A stretch of 64,000 nt of DNA from Candidatus Aldehydirespiratoraceae bacterium (GTDB lineage: Bacteria; Actinomycetota; Acidimicrobiia; Acidimicrobiales; Aldehydirespiratoraceae): contig OZ243951.1 of NCBI GenBank assembly GCA_965214565.1, positions 2,740,888 to 2,804,887 of the forward strand. The letters run 5' to 3'. This document shows, in pieces, positions 48,405-57,468 of the stretch. Position 1 is the stretch's first letter; every line of letters starts with the position of its first letter. The translations under genes and the position numbers were made by a program. The notes under the pieces are model-generated. The model ran no database searches. It had not been told where the DNA came from and saw nothing but the letters and a program-made list of their open reading frames with translations.

Positions 48405-49183
48405 CCGGCGCACTCGAAACGGCGCTGCGAACCCGGCGCGACAGCGGTGGCAAGTCCCTGGTCCCGTATCTGACCGGAGGGCTCGGCGAAGACTGGCTCG
48501 AGACGATCCAGGCTGCCTCGGTCGCGGGAGCCGACGCTGTCGAGATCGGTGTTCCCTTCTCCGACCCGGTGATGGACGGCCCCACAATTCAGCTCGCCAA
48601 CGACAGGGCACTGTCGAACGGCGTTACTCCACAGTCCGTGATCGAACGGCTGCGCTCAGCGGAGGTCGGCGTGCCGAGCGCGGTGATGACCTACGGCAAC
48701 ATCGCATACCGGATGGGCTACCACCGTTTCGCTTCGTCTCTGGCGGACAGCGGAGTGTCGGGCTGCATCCTGCCGGACATCCCGCTCGAGGAGGTCGGTC
48801 CCTGGGCTGATGCAGCCGATGCCGCGGGGGTCGAGACCGTCCTGCTGGCCGCCCCGACGTCTCCCGATGAACGTCTCGTGCGTATCGCCCAACGGTCGCG
48901 CGGGTTCGTCTACGGGGTCGGCCTGCTCGGTATCACCGGGGTCCGTGAACAGCTCGCCGACAGCGCCAAGGTGATCGCCAAGCGTCTCAAGGAGGTGACC
49001 GACCTGCCGGTGCTCGTGGGCGTAGGAGTGGGAACTCCCGAACAGGCCGTCGAGGTGTGCGAGGTCGCCGACGGGGTGGTGGTGGGCTCCGCGATGGTGC
49101 AGAGGATGCTCGACGGCGCTGGTCCAGAGGGCATCGCAGAACTGGTCAGTGAGTTCAGATCGGCGCTCGACCAGAATTTCTGA
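48401..49183 (+). CDS. trpA: Tryptophan synthase alpha chain
   Basis: [35 protein letters not shown] and GFVY.V...GVTG motifs. The GTG start overlaps the trpB stop. Confidence 0.95.
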   Translation: MTGALETALRTRRDSGGKSLVPYLTGGLGEDWLETIQAASVAGADAVEIGVPFSDPVMDGPTIQLANDRALSNGVTPQSVIERLRSAEVGVPSAVMTYGNIAYRMGYHRFASSLADSGVSGCILPDIPLEEVGPWADAADAAGVETVLLAAPTSPDERLVRIAQRSRGFVYGVGLLGITGVREQLADSAKVIAKRLKEVTDLPVLVGVGVGTPEQAVEVCEVADGVVVGSAMVQRMLDGAGPEGIAELVSEFRSALDQNF

Positions 49184-49296
49184 TCTGAGGCCACAACTTC
49201 TGATACAAGGAAGGTCTTGACATGGAGCACGATCTGATCATCGTCGGGGAACTAGAGCGGGGACACCGCACTAGCTCCGCCGACTCTTGAGGAGTC

Positions 49297-49944
49297 TCAG
49301 GGAGTGTCGAGGCGACGGCCGAGGGTTCCGGTCACGCCGGGGAGTTGGGTCTGCACGCCGTAGCCGCCGCAGTGCTCGGTGAAACGCTGCATCACGATCT
49401 CCTCGGCCTCGGTCCAGTCGGTCGCCCGCAATCCGTCGAGGTGCCGGTTGTAGTACTGGTCGAAAACGATCACCTCATTGCCTGCGGCGCGCAGCGCCTC
49501 CACATTGTGCGGTGCATCATCGATGTAGAGATCAGCCTCCACTTCCGGTTTGGCGCCCAGGAAGCACAGGTCCCGATAGGGGATCTCGACTCTGTCGAGC
49601 CAGGCGACCGTGTCTCCGGCGGCCACCTGATGACCCCAGTTGACGTACAGGCGGTGGGTGATTATCCGAATCCAGACCCCGGCGTCAGACAGGCGCCACA
49701 GCGCTTCGGCGGCTCCCTCGATCACTTCTAGGTCTCTGAACATCCGGCCTTCGGTGACCGCGTAGCGGTGGTGGTCCTCGAAGTCGTCGGGCCCGAATCC
49801 CCATTCCTCGAAGTTCCAGCCGCGGTCCAGCGACAGCGTCTCTTCGGGTACGCCGAGGCGCTCGGCTACGATCCGCCGGAATCCGCGGGTGTGCTCGGCA
49901 CAGACTCCGTCGAGGTCGACCCCGAGGACGAAGATGTCGGGCAT
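49297..49944 (-). CDS. HAD-superfamily hydrolase, 5'(3')-deoxyribonucleotidase (NT5C)-like
   Basis: The N-terminal VLGVDLDGVCAEH (DxDGV HAD motif I) and the later LYIDDAPHN (motif IV-like) resemble the NT5C family. The assignment comes from pattern memory only. Confidence 0.6.
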   Translation of the reverse strand: MPDIFVLGVDLDGVCAEHTRGFRRIVAERLGVPEETLSLDRGWNFEEWGFGPDDFEDHHRYAVTEGRMFRDLEVIEGAAEALWRLSDAGVWIRIITHRLYVNWGHQVAAGDTVAWLDRVEIPYRDLCFLGAKPEVEADLYIDDAPHNVEALRAAGNEVIVFDQYYNRHLDGLRATDWTEAEEIVMQRFTEHCGGYGVQTQLPGVTGTLGRRLDTP

Positions 49945-49955
49945 TCAGCCGGTTC

Positions 49956-50747
49956 TCAGGTGGCGGTCATGCCGCTGTCGGCGTTGATGACGGCTCCGTG
50001 GATGTTGGCCGCTTCATCAGATGCGAGGAAGGCGAAGAGAGCAGCGACGTGTTCGGGTTTGTCCAACGGTCTGAACGCCATGGACCGCTTCAGCAGCTTG
50101 TAGTCGGTGTCGTCGGCGAGCTGGTAGTCCCGGTTCATCGGGGTGTCGGTTCCACCCGGCGCGATGGCGTTGATGCGGATCGGCTCTTTGACGAATTCTG
50201 TTGCCAGGGCCCGGGTCATCTGCAGCACAGCGCCCTTGGTGGCGCAGTAGGGCACCAGGTAGGCGCAACCCATGAAGGCTGCGTTGGAGGCGATGTTGAT
50301 GATGTTGCCCTCGCTGGTGAGGATGTGGGGGAGTGCTGCCTGACTCATGAAGTAGGTGCCGTCAACGTTGATGGCGAACATCCGACGCCAGTCCTCGGGG
50401 GTCACGTCAACCGTGTTCTTCATCCAGGAGACAGCGGCGATGTTGCCGAGCACGTCGAGCCGTCCGTGCTGCGCGACACATTCTTCGATGGCATCGTGGC
50501 ATTGGGCGGGTTCGGCGATGTCGGTCACCCTGGTGGCGATCGTTCCGCCCACCTGAGCGACCTCGGCCACCTCTGACGCGACCTGGTCGAGGCCGTCGGC
50601 GTCGATGTCCATGCCGAACACGGTTGCGCCCTCGGACGCGAGCCGCAGCGCGATGCACCGACCCATGCCGCTGGCGACTCCGGTCACGGCTGCGACCTTT
50701 CCGACGAAGCGGTCGCCCCCGTAGGTGGTTCCTGTTGCTTCAGACAC
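49956..50747 (-). CDS. SDR family oxidoreductase
   Basis: TGVASGMG (TGxxxGxG), NIAA (NNAG-like), and the S...YCATK catalytic triad region. Confidence 0.9.
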   Translation of the reverse strand: MSEATGTTYGGDRFVGKVAAVTGVASGMGRCIALRLASEGATVFGMDIDADGLDQVASEVAEVAQVGGTIATRVTDIAEPAQCHDAIEECVAQHGRLDVLGNIAAVSWMKNTVDVTPEDWRRMFAINVDGTYFMSQAALPHILTSEGNIINIASNAAFMGCAYLVPYCATKGAVLQMTRALATEFVKEPIRINAIAPGGTDTPMNRDYQLADDTDYKLLKRSMAFRPLDKPEHVAALFAFLASDEAANIHGAVINADSGMTAT

Positions 50748-50770
50748 TGTGTTGCTCCTCCTAGGGGGGC

Positions 50771-51523
50771 CTACTCGGCGGTCAGGCCGCCGTCTGAGCT
50801 GACGATGCTGCCGTGGATGTTGCCGGCCTCCTCGCTGGCCAGGAATGCGAAGAGTGAGGCGATCTGTTCGGGTTGGGTCGAGGGTCTGGCGCCCGTGTAG
50901 CGTGCCATGAGGCTGTAGTCGGCGTCCTCGAGCACCTTGAAGTTGGCGGTCAGTGAGGTGTCAACGCCGCCCGGGGCGATGGCGTTGATGCGGATCGGGT
51001 GCTTCACGAACTCCATGGCCAGGGCTTTGGTCATGTTCACGACTCCCCCCTTGGTGGCACAGTAGGGGACCGTGTACGCCTGACCCATGAGGCCCGCGTT
51101 CGAGGCGATGTTGATGATGTTCCCTTCACGCTCGATGATGTGGGGGAGTGCGGCCTGGGTCAGGAAGAACACTCCCTTGAGGTTGATGTCGTTCATCAGG
51201 TCCCAGTCTTCTTCGGTGACCTGGTGAACGTGGCGCTGGTTGGCGATACCGGCGATGTTGCCGAGCACGTCGATCCCTCCGTAAGTGGCGACGCAGGCCT
51301 CTGCTGCAGCGCGGCACTCTTTGACAGAGCGGACGTCGGTGACCCGTCCAGACATCTGCTGACCAGCCGAGGTGATCTCCGCTTCGGTATCTGCCAGGCC
51401 GGCTTCGTCGATGTCGAGGCCGAACACGCAGGCCCCCTCGGCGGCGAGGCGTCGGGCTGTCGCCCGACCGATTCCCGATGCGACTCCGGTGAGCAGCGCG
51501 ACCTTGTTCTCGTATCGATTCAC
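50771..51523 (-). CDS. SDR family oxidoreductase (tandem paralogue of the previous gene)
   Basis: TGVASGIG and YCATKG motifs. It shares long identical blocks with the neighbour (GNIINIASNA, VPYCATKG, PIRINAIAPGG). Confidence 0.9.
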   Translation of the reverse strand: MNRYENKVALLTGVASGIGRATARRLAAEGACVFGLDIDEAGLADTEAEITSAGQQMSGRVTDVRSVKECRAAAEACVATYGGIDVLGNIAGIANQRHVHQVTEEDWDLMNDINLKGVFFLTQAALPHIIEREGNIINIASNAGLMGQAYTVPYCATKGGVVNMTKALAMEFVKHPIRINAIAPGGVDTSLTANFKVLEDADYSLMARYTGARPSTQPEQIASLFAFLASEEAGNIHGSIVSSDGGLTAE

Positions 51524-51582
51524 GCCGCGGATCGTATCGGTCGGAGTGCCGTATAAGCCAAACTGAGGCTACGGTCATCCGA

Positions 51583-52308
51583 ATGCCTGCCAGCCAACAA
51601 GACGTTTCGGAACCTGTTCAGCTCAATGAGGCCCTTCGTGGGTTGATAGAGGTCGTCCGTACCGCCGACCTCGAGGGGGTGGACCTCACCGCTGCGATCA
51701 CTCGGATCCAGGGGTTGCGCGATGATCTCGAGCCGCTGGTGGCGCCGGGAATCCGAATGCAGTCAAGTCTGGTCTATGACGGCCCGGTCGCACAGGAGCC
51801 TTCGGGGGAAGTGGGTGAACTGGCGGCTCCTGCAGCGTTCAGGTCAGAGCACCCGTCGGAGTTCTTCCCATACAGCCCGCTGGTCGGCCGGCTTAACCCG
51901 ATATCGCCGCCGGCGACGATGAGAAGAGTTGCCAACGACGATCCCTCCGACGAACACTGCGAGATTCACGGGGAGGTGACTTTCACCTCAGCCTTCAACG
52001 GGCCGCCGGACTGTGTCCATGGGGGAGTGATCGCGGCGCTGTTCGACGAACTTCTCGGCAGCACCTGCGTGGTGAACGGCATCGGTGGCTATACCGGCAC
52101 CCTCACCGTCGTGTACCGCACGCCGACACCGTTGGGGACTGCGTTGACACTGCGGGGCTGGATCGACCGCAGCGAGCGCCGCAAAGTGTTCGCTGCGGGC
52201 ACGATTCGCTCCGGCGACACGCTGTGCGCACAGGCCGAAGGGATCTTTGTGCAGTCCCAGGATCTTCCCAATCCGACCGATCAGCCCGGGTTGACCACGA
52301 CTTCGTAA
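51583..52308 (+). CDS. PaaI/hotdog-fold thioesterase family protein with an N-terminal extension
   Basis: HGGVIAALFDELLG is the typical PaaI-type motif. Its 3' end overlaps the convergent downstream gene by about 28 nt. Confidence 0.7.
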   Translation: MPASQQDVSEPVQLNEALRGLIEVVRTADLEGVDLTAAITRIQGLRDDLEPLVAPGIRMQSSLVYDGPVAQEPSGEVGELAAPAAFRSEHPSEFFPYSPLVGRLNPISPPATMRRVANDDPSDEHCEIHGEVTFTSAFNGPPDCVHGGVIAALFDELLGSTCVVNGIGGYTGTLTVVYRTPTPLGTALTLRGWIDRSERRKVFAAGTIRSGDTLCAQAEGIFVQSQDLPNPTDQPGLTTTS

Positions 52309-53237
52309 CCGGGTTGTTCCGGTTCCTCGTCGACCAGCTCGGGCGGGAATCCGGGTGCTCGAAATTCGGACCCGGCGGTTTCCTCGCAACGCTGCACGAC
52401 CCGCGGGCTCAACGCACGGGGCCCGTACCTTGCTGCTGCGTCGTCGAACATCTCTGCGACGACGGGGGCTACCTCGAGAGACAGGTCGGCACGCTCTGCG
52501 AGGCCCATGAACAGGCTCATGTCCTTCTGCACCAGGTCGAGTGTGAAGCCGATGTCGTAGGAACCGTTCAGGATCACCTGACCCTCCGTCTCGTGCACGA
52601 ACGAAGTGCCAGAGGAGATGTGGATCGCCTCATACGTGGTGGCAAGGTCGATCCCAGACTGCTGTGCCACGGCGAAGGCCTCCCCGACAGAGACGAGGTT
52701 GACCGAGGCGAGATAGTTGGTCACGACCTTGAGGATCGAGGCCGATCCCAGCGGACCGGTGTGCAGGATCCTTCTTCCCATCATCGCCAGAATCGGCAGC
52801 GCCGTATCGAACGCCTCGCGTGACCCGCCGCAGAAGATCGAGATGTTCCCTGTAGCGGCACGATGGCAACCACCCGAGACCGGGCACTCGACCGGGGTGG
52901 CCCCGCGTGCTTCAGCCAGGTTCGCAAGACGCCGGACCTCGGAGGAGTCGGTGGTCGACATCTCCAACCAGACCTTGCCCTCCCTCAGTCCTGCCAGCAC
53001 TCCGTCGTCGGCCTCCATCACTGCAGCGCAGACCGCCGGCGACGGCAGGCAGGTGATCACCACGTCGCATCGTTCGGCGAGTTCTCTGGGTGACGAGGCT
53101 CGGCTCGCGCCCCTGTCGGTGAAGGATCGCACCGCGGCTTCGTCGAGGTCGCGGACAACGAGTTCGACTCCATTGCGCAAGAGGCTTCCGGCGAGCTTGC
53201 TGCCGAGGTTGCCTAATCCTACAAATCCGATCCTCAT
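52281..53237 (-). CDS. NAD(P)-dependent beta-hydroxyacid (3-hydroxyisobutyrate) dehydrogenase family oxidoreductase
   Basis: MRIGFVGLGNLGSKLA Rossmann start, and VSGG.....G...I..GG and KVV.N motifs. The start is at the internal ATG 53237. Confidence 0.85.
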   Translation of the reverse strand: MRIGFVGLGNLGSKLAGSLLRNGVELVVRDLDEAAVRSFTDRGASRASSPRELAERCDVVITCLPSPAVCAAVMEADDGVLAGLREGKVWLEMSTTDSSEVRRLANLAEARGATPVECPVSGGCHRAATGNISIFCGGSREAFDTALPILAMMGRRILHTGPLGSASILKVVTNYLASVNLVSVGEAFAVAQQSGIDLATTYEAIHISSGTSFVHETEGQVILNGSYDIGFTLDLVQKDMSLFMGLAERADLSLEVAPVVAEMFDDAAARYGPRALSPRVVQRCEETAGSEFRAPGFPPELVDEEPEQPGYEVVVNPG

Positions 53238-53305
53238 GGTGCACTCCGTTCGCGTGTGGGGGCGTGGTGGTGGACGGTCAGCGTGAGCGTAATCCGTGAA
53301 TGCTC

Positions 53306-53857
53306 TCAGTTGTGTCGCGGATCGTAGGGGTAGTGCGCCAAATGACGAATCGAGGAGGTCTGGCGGGCGCAGACTTTCCACCAGAGTTCGCCTGGGTCGC
53401 CGGTCCGAACATCATTCAGTTCGGCGTCGACGACGAACCAACTGCCGGTGACCAGTTCGGCCTCGAGTTGACCCCCGGTCCAACCCGCGTAGCCGGCGAA
53501 CATTCGTACGCCGTCCAGTCCAGGTACCTGCTCGGGTGACTGTTCAAGGTCGACCGTTCCGATGCTGCCCAGAATCTGATTCCAGCGCTCTCCGGCTGTG
53601 GCGAGATCGAACGATGCCAGGGCGATGACAGAGGAGGGCGAGACGGGACCACCGAGGAACACGACTGCGGGTTCGGTCGCCTGATCCGCCCAACCCTCGA
53701 TGGCTGTGGAGACGGGCAGTTCGCTCGGCCGGTTCAGGACTACTCCGATCGCCCCCTGTTCGTTGTGCTCGAGAATGAACACGACAGACCGGTAGAAATT
53801 GCTGTCGAGTAGTGTCGGCGCAGCGACCAGCAGTCGTCCCCGGGTCGAATCGTGCAT
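53306..53857 (-). CDS. YqgE/AlgH family protein (UPF0301)
   Basis: GRLLVAAPTLLDSNFYRSVVFILEHNEQGAIGVVLNRP and FAGYAGWTGGQLE are family signatures. Confidence 0.85.
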   Translation of the reverse strand: MHDSTRGRLLVAAPTLLDSNFYRSVVFILEHNEQGAIGVVLNRPSELPVSTAIEGWADQATEPAVVFLGGPVSPSSVIALASFDLATAGERWNQILGSIGTVDLEQSPEQVPGLDGVRMFAGYAGWTGGQLEAELVTGSWFVVDAELNDVRTGDPGELWWKVCARQTSSIRHLAHYPYDPRHN

Positions 53858-53890
53858 TACTCCCAGTCTCGCGTGATCCCGCGGTGTCTG

Positions 53891-54577
53891 TCACCCGGAC
53901 CAGTCTTCTCCGTAGTCGAAGAGCAGTTCCTCGCCGGGGTTGATGTCGCGCAGTGCATAGAGGTCCGGACCGTCGAAGACGACGTTGGGGGAGCGGCTGT
54001 GGTTCAAGAAGCGCAGGGTGCCGGAGCCGTCGATGCCCTCCCAGGTTCCTTCATCTCCTTCCACCCACAACACGAATTTTCCGTCCACTTTGGTGGGAGC
54101 ACCGGTGTAGCGGCCGATCAGAGCGTCCTGTGGCAGTTTCACGAGTGCGAACACACCCGTCCCATGGACCTCTGAAGGTCTGAGCTCCACGAGGTGGCCG
54201 TCGTCGGGTTGTATCAGGAGAACCTCGGCCGCCTCGTCGACTGTGGGCGCAGGTCGGTGCCTGCTGTCGGTGATCAGCGAGTGGGTAACGGCTCGTTTGG
54301 CCAGACCCTCGAGATCATCGCGAAGGGGGTCTCGCAGCCAGCCGTCCACCGAGGCGCCGTCGGGAAAGGAGACGACCAACACTGCGTCAGGAATTCCGGG
54401 TTCAGGGTCTGTGTCCGCTATCCTGCGTTCGAGGATTCCGCTGGTGCGCTCCAGAAGTCGGATCAAGGCGTCGATGTACTCCTCGAAGGTCTCCGGGTCC
54501 CCACGACTCCAGAGTCGCAGGGTTAGTTCGATGCGTCCGTCTTGCTCCACTTGTTGCACAGTACTCAAAGACCGCAT
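53891..54577 (-). CDS. Fusion protein: DUF1330-like (dimeric alpha/beta-barrel) N-terminal domain plus a C-terminal SET-domain methyltransferase
   Basis: The C-terminus GTGVFA...G...RFLNHSRSPN...ELLFDYG matches the SET core (NHS-x-x-PN and ELxFDY). The N-terminal ~100 aa (…AVLVVSFPDGASVDGWLRDP…) resembles DUF1330. Confidence 0.7.
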   Translation of the reverse strand: MRSLSTVQQVEQDGRIELTLRLWSRGDPETFEEYIDALIRLLERTSGILERRIADTDPEPGIPDAVLVVSFPDGASVDGWLRDPLRDDLEGLAKRAVTHSLITDSRHRPAPTVDEAAEVLLIQPDDGHLVELRPSEVHGTGVFALVKLPQDALIGRYTGAPTKVDGKFVLWVEGDEGTWEGIDGSGTLRFLNHSRSPNVVFDGPDLYALRDINPGEELLFDYGEDWSG

Positions 54578-54582
54578 ACCTA

Positions 54583-54608
54583 TCGATTGGTATTCGTCGA
54601 TTGGTGTT
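54583..54608. promoter_or_regulatory. Direct repeat TCGATTGGT(A/G)TT x2 in an AT-rich divergent intergenic region (candidate operator/promoter region)
   Basis: Copies at 54583-54594 and 54597-54608. They lie between the divergent SET-fusion gene (start 54577) and the 54695 gene. The surrounding ~110 bp is unusually AT-rich for this genome. Confidence 0.35.
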
Positions 54609-54694
54609 CTGCAGAGAGTACACTTCTAACTTTACATAACGATGATTTCCGGCGTTATCGGTTCTCAGACTACCCACTCTCGTGAAAGTGGTTG

Positions 54695-56197
54695 ATGCCA
54701 AACTGGCCGATACCGTTCTTGGGCGTGGCTCGCAGGCTGGAAATCGAACTGACTTCAAATCGCTCCGACGGCAAGTGGACTTGGCGTGCTGCAGGAGCGA
54801 AGCAACCGAGGGGAACTCTCGATGGGGCGCTGCTCCCTGAAGGAGCCGGGGTCGGAGACGTTGTGAAAGTAGAGGCCGACGCAACCCTCGATGGACTCGA
54901 GATCACCGCTGTGCTTCGCACCCGGTCACCGAGAGTTCAAGTTGAGACCCTGCCACTGCTAGGTTCGGGCAGCGAGCAGCCGTTGGTCACTTCACAACTG
55001 GCACCCAAGATCCGCTCCCGGGCCCGTGGTGCCAACAGGGACCGGCGTGACGCCGGCTCCGCGCCGAGCCGCCGCAGGCGCGGAGATCGCGACGAGCGGC
55101 GCGGAAACGACGGGAAGGGTTCTGAAGGACCCGCCGCGAAGCGGGATCGCCGTCGCTCCGACCGGGATGCCCGCTCCCGTGATCAGAACCGGGACGATCG
55201 CGCTGAGGGCCGCGCCAAGACCCGCGACAAAGAGCGTGGCGGTACCGACAAAGGGGCCTCGCGGGTCCAGCGAGACAAGCGGAACACTCGGACCAGCCCC
55301 CAGGAGCGGCCGAAACCACGCTCGACTCCCAGAGTTCCCCGCCTGCGTCCCGGCAACAAGAACCGGCGCGCCGCTCTCGCAAGATTGCCCGAGATCCAAC
55401 ATCCGCTCGCTGAGGAGGTTCTCAAGGGAGGTGTCCCCGGTCTACGCAAAACGATCGACCGGATGAACAGGATGGCTCAGGCAGAAGGTATCCCCAAGGT
55501 CAAGTCGGAACCGCTGGTTGTCTTGGCAGAGAAGCTGACACCTGATTTGAACTCGGCGGTCTGGCGCGACCGGGCTGAAGCCGCCATCGCGGGAATCGAC
55601 AAGGTCGACCTGCGCGACATCCGCAGCGTGGTTGTGGCGGCTGACAGCGGCGCTCGCGACGAAGAGTCCCGTGAACTTGCAGAGGCACTTCGCGAGGGAC
55701 TGTCGGCTCGTGTCGAGAGCGAGCACCGATCCTGGCTCAACGAGATCGCCAAGCATCTCTCCGATGGGCGGATAGTGCGTGCTCTGCGGCTCAGCAGCCA
55801 TCCCCCGAAGGCCGGTGCCCCGCTGCCCTTCGACATGGCGGATCGTCTGACCAGTGCGGCCTCGGAATCGTTGAGTAGTGACGTCGCTCCTCAGCGCTGG
55901 GCGACGGTATTGGACGCAGTTGCCTTCTCCCCTGTCCGCTCCCAGGTGACTCCCCAGGGTTGCCCCCCCAATCCCAATGAGCAGCTGCTCTCCACCGTGC
56001 GCAGGTTGGCTCCGAAAGTACCCGATATTGCAGCCTTGTTCGGAATAACGCCTTCGGGTCCTCCAAGACGCCCAGGGACGAAACGGCGACCCAAGCCCCC
56101 TCCTCCTCCGCCGATGCTCCAGGCTGAGCCTGTGGCCGACCCCACTCCCCCACCACCTTCCGCACAGTTCGACCCGACCGAAAAAATCGACAAATGA
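54695..56197 (+). CDS. Hypothetical protein with a long Arg/Asp/Lys-rich low-complexity linker and a Pro-rich C-terminus
   Basis: A 500-aa ORF with host codon bias. It has an N-terminal small domain (LEIELTSNRSDGKWTWRAAG), ~150 aa of RDR/RRR low complexity, a helical C-terminal domain, and a KPPPPPP tail. No family recognised. Confidence 0.6.
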   Translation: MPNWPIPFLGVARRLEIELTSNRSDGKWTWRAAGAKQPRGTLDGALLPEGAGVGDVVKVEADATLDGLEITAVLRTRSPRVQVETLPLLGSGSEQPLVTSQLAPKIRSRARGANRDRRDAGSAPSRRRRGDRDERRGNDGKGSEGPAAKRDRRRSDRDARSRDQNRDDRAEGRAKTRDKERGGTDKGASRVQRDKRNTRTSPQERPKPRSTPRVPRLRPGNKNRRAALARLPEIQHPLAEEVLKGGVPGLRKTIDRMNRMAQAEGIPKVKSEPLVVLAEKLTPDLNSAVWRDRAEAAIAGIDKVDLRDIRSVVVAADSGARDEESRELAEALREGLSARVESEHRSWLNEIAKHLSDGRIVRALRLSSHPPKAGAPLPFDMADRLTSAASESLSSDVAPQRWATVLDAVAFSPVRSQVTPQGCPPNPNEQLLSTVRRLAPKVPDIAALFGITPSGPPRRPGTKRRPKPPPPPPMLQAEPVADPTPPPPSAQFDPTEKIDK

Positions 56198-56955
56198 TCA
56201 AGTTCGACATTGAGGGCCGCATTGCGGTCATCAGACTTGATCGGGTCGAGGCTCGAAACGCGATCAACCCCGCGATGGCCCAAGCAATCGAATCGGCGAT
56301 CGACCGCCTTGAGCAAGATGACGAACTGTGGATCGGGGTACTTGCCCACAACGGGCCGGTTTTCTCCGCAGGAGCCGATCTCAAAGAGATAGCCGCTGGC
56401 AACGGGGCGCATTTGGGCACTGAGCGTGGAGGGTTCGCAGGGATAGTCCTTCGCGAGCGAACCAAGCCCCTCATTGCTGCGGTGGACGGCCATGCTGTCG
56501 CCGGTGGCACTGAGATTGTCCTGTCCTGTGATCTGGTTGTCGCTTCAACCATCGCCAAGTTTGGAATACCGGAGGTGAAACGCTCGCTGGTCGCAGCCGC
56601 GGGCGGTCTGGTGCGTCTGCCCCGAGTGCTCCCCCCCACCATCGCGATGGAGCTCGCGATAACGGGCGACACGCTCTCTGCGGAACGAGCGCACCACTTC
56701 GGCCTGGTGAACGAACTGTGTAGCCCGGGGGAAGTAGTCGCCGCCGCCAGGGCACTGGCTGAACGGGTTGCCGCCAATGCTCCGATAGCGGTCCGTGAGA
56801 GTCGTCGCCTGATCCTCGAAGCCCCGACTCAGACCGACTCCGAAGGGATCCTCGAAGGCGGCAGGACGATAGCCCGGCTGGCTTCGACGGAGGACTTCGC
56901 GGAAGGCCCCCGGGCGTTCATCGAGAAGCGTCCACCGGTCTGGAAAGGTCGCTGA
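56194..56955 (+). CDS. Enoyl-CoA hydratase/isomerase (crotonase) family protein
   Basis: RNAINPAM, FSAGADLKE, IAAVDGHAVAGGTEIVLSCD and FAEGPRAFIEKR motifs. Confidence 0.9.
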   Translation: MIKFDIEGRIAVIRLDRVEARNAINPAMAQAIESAIDRLEQDDELWIGVLAHNGPVFSAGADLKEIAAGNGAHLGTERGGFAGIVLRERTKPLIAAVDGHAVAGGTEIVLSCDLVVASTIAKFGIPEVKRSLVAAAGGLVRLPRVLPPTIAMELAITGDTLSAERAHHFGLVNELCSPGEVVAAARALAERVAANAPIAVRESRRLILEAPTQTDSEGILEGGRTIARLASTEDFAEGPRAFIEKRPPVWKGR

Positions 56956-56994
56956 GACGGCGTCTGTGGCCAGTGCCGTTGTCGGCACCCGCCG

Positions 56995-57468
56995 TCACTC
57001 CTGCAGCGATCGATGGACCCGCAGGGCGCGGGCAGTAAGGCCGAACGTCTCGAAGAAGTTCTTTGTCTCCCGATCCCCGGGAAGGGCGATCGAGTCAATG
57101 CCGATGCAGCCCTGCTCTCTGCACCAACCCTCCGCGAGTCCCAGAAGCGCTTCACCGCATCCGACAGAGCGGGCGTCGGGGGCGACGTAGATGTCAGTGA
57201 CTTGGCCGAGGACACTGCCATTGTGCAGTTCAATGAGGTCGACTCCTGCGTAACCGACGATCGTGCCATCGATGCAGACGACAGCCAGCAATCCTGTGCC
57301 CATCGTTGCCTCCAGGCTGGCTTCCAACGGCTCTGCGCGGGCTTCGCGTTGGGACCAGACCGCGCCGCCTCGTCGAGGACGCAACTCATCAATCGCTTCC
57401 GCGCACAAGCGGGTGACCTCCCCCAGATCAGCCACCACAGCCCGGCGTGCGTCGATTTCCACGGTCAC
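56995..57468 (-). CDS. GNAT family N-acetyltransferase
   Basis: 157 aa, with the acetyl-CoA loop region VAPDARSVGCGEALL (Q/R-x-x-G-x-G/A type). Confidence 0.8.
   Translation of the reverse strand: MTVEIDARRAVVADLGEVTRLCAEAIDELRPRRGGAVWSQREARAEPLEASLEATMGTGLLAVVCIDGTIVGYAGVDLIELHNGSVLGQVTDIYVAPDARSVGCGEALLGLAEGWCREQGCIGIDSIALPGDRETKNFFETFGLTARALRVHRSLQE

Noticed and set aside
47373-48611. 412-aa minus-strand ORF antisense to trpB/trpA
   Set aside because: It is a shadow ORF opposite highly conserved trpB, with no recognisable motifs.
49231-49296. 22-codon mini-ORF MEHDLIIVGELERGH…, reminiscent of the N-terminus of an FAD/NAD Rossmann enzyme (possible gene remnant)
   Set aside because: It is too short and lacks the GxGxxG motif. 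It lies in a 113-bp convergent intergenic gap, so it cannot be distinguished from chance.
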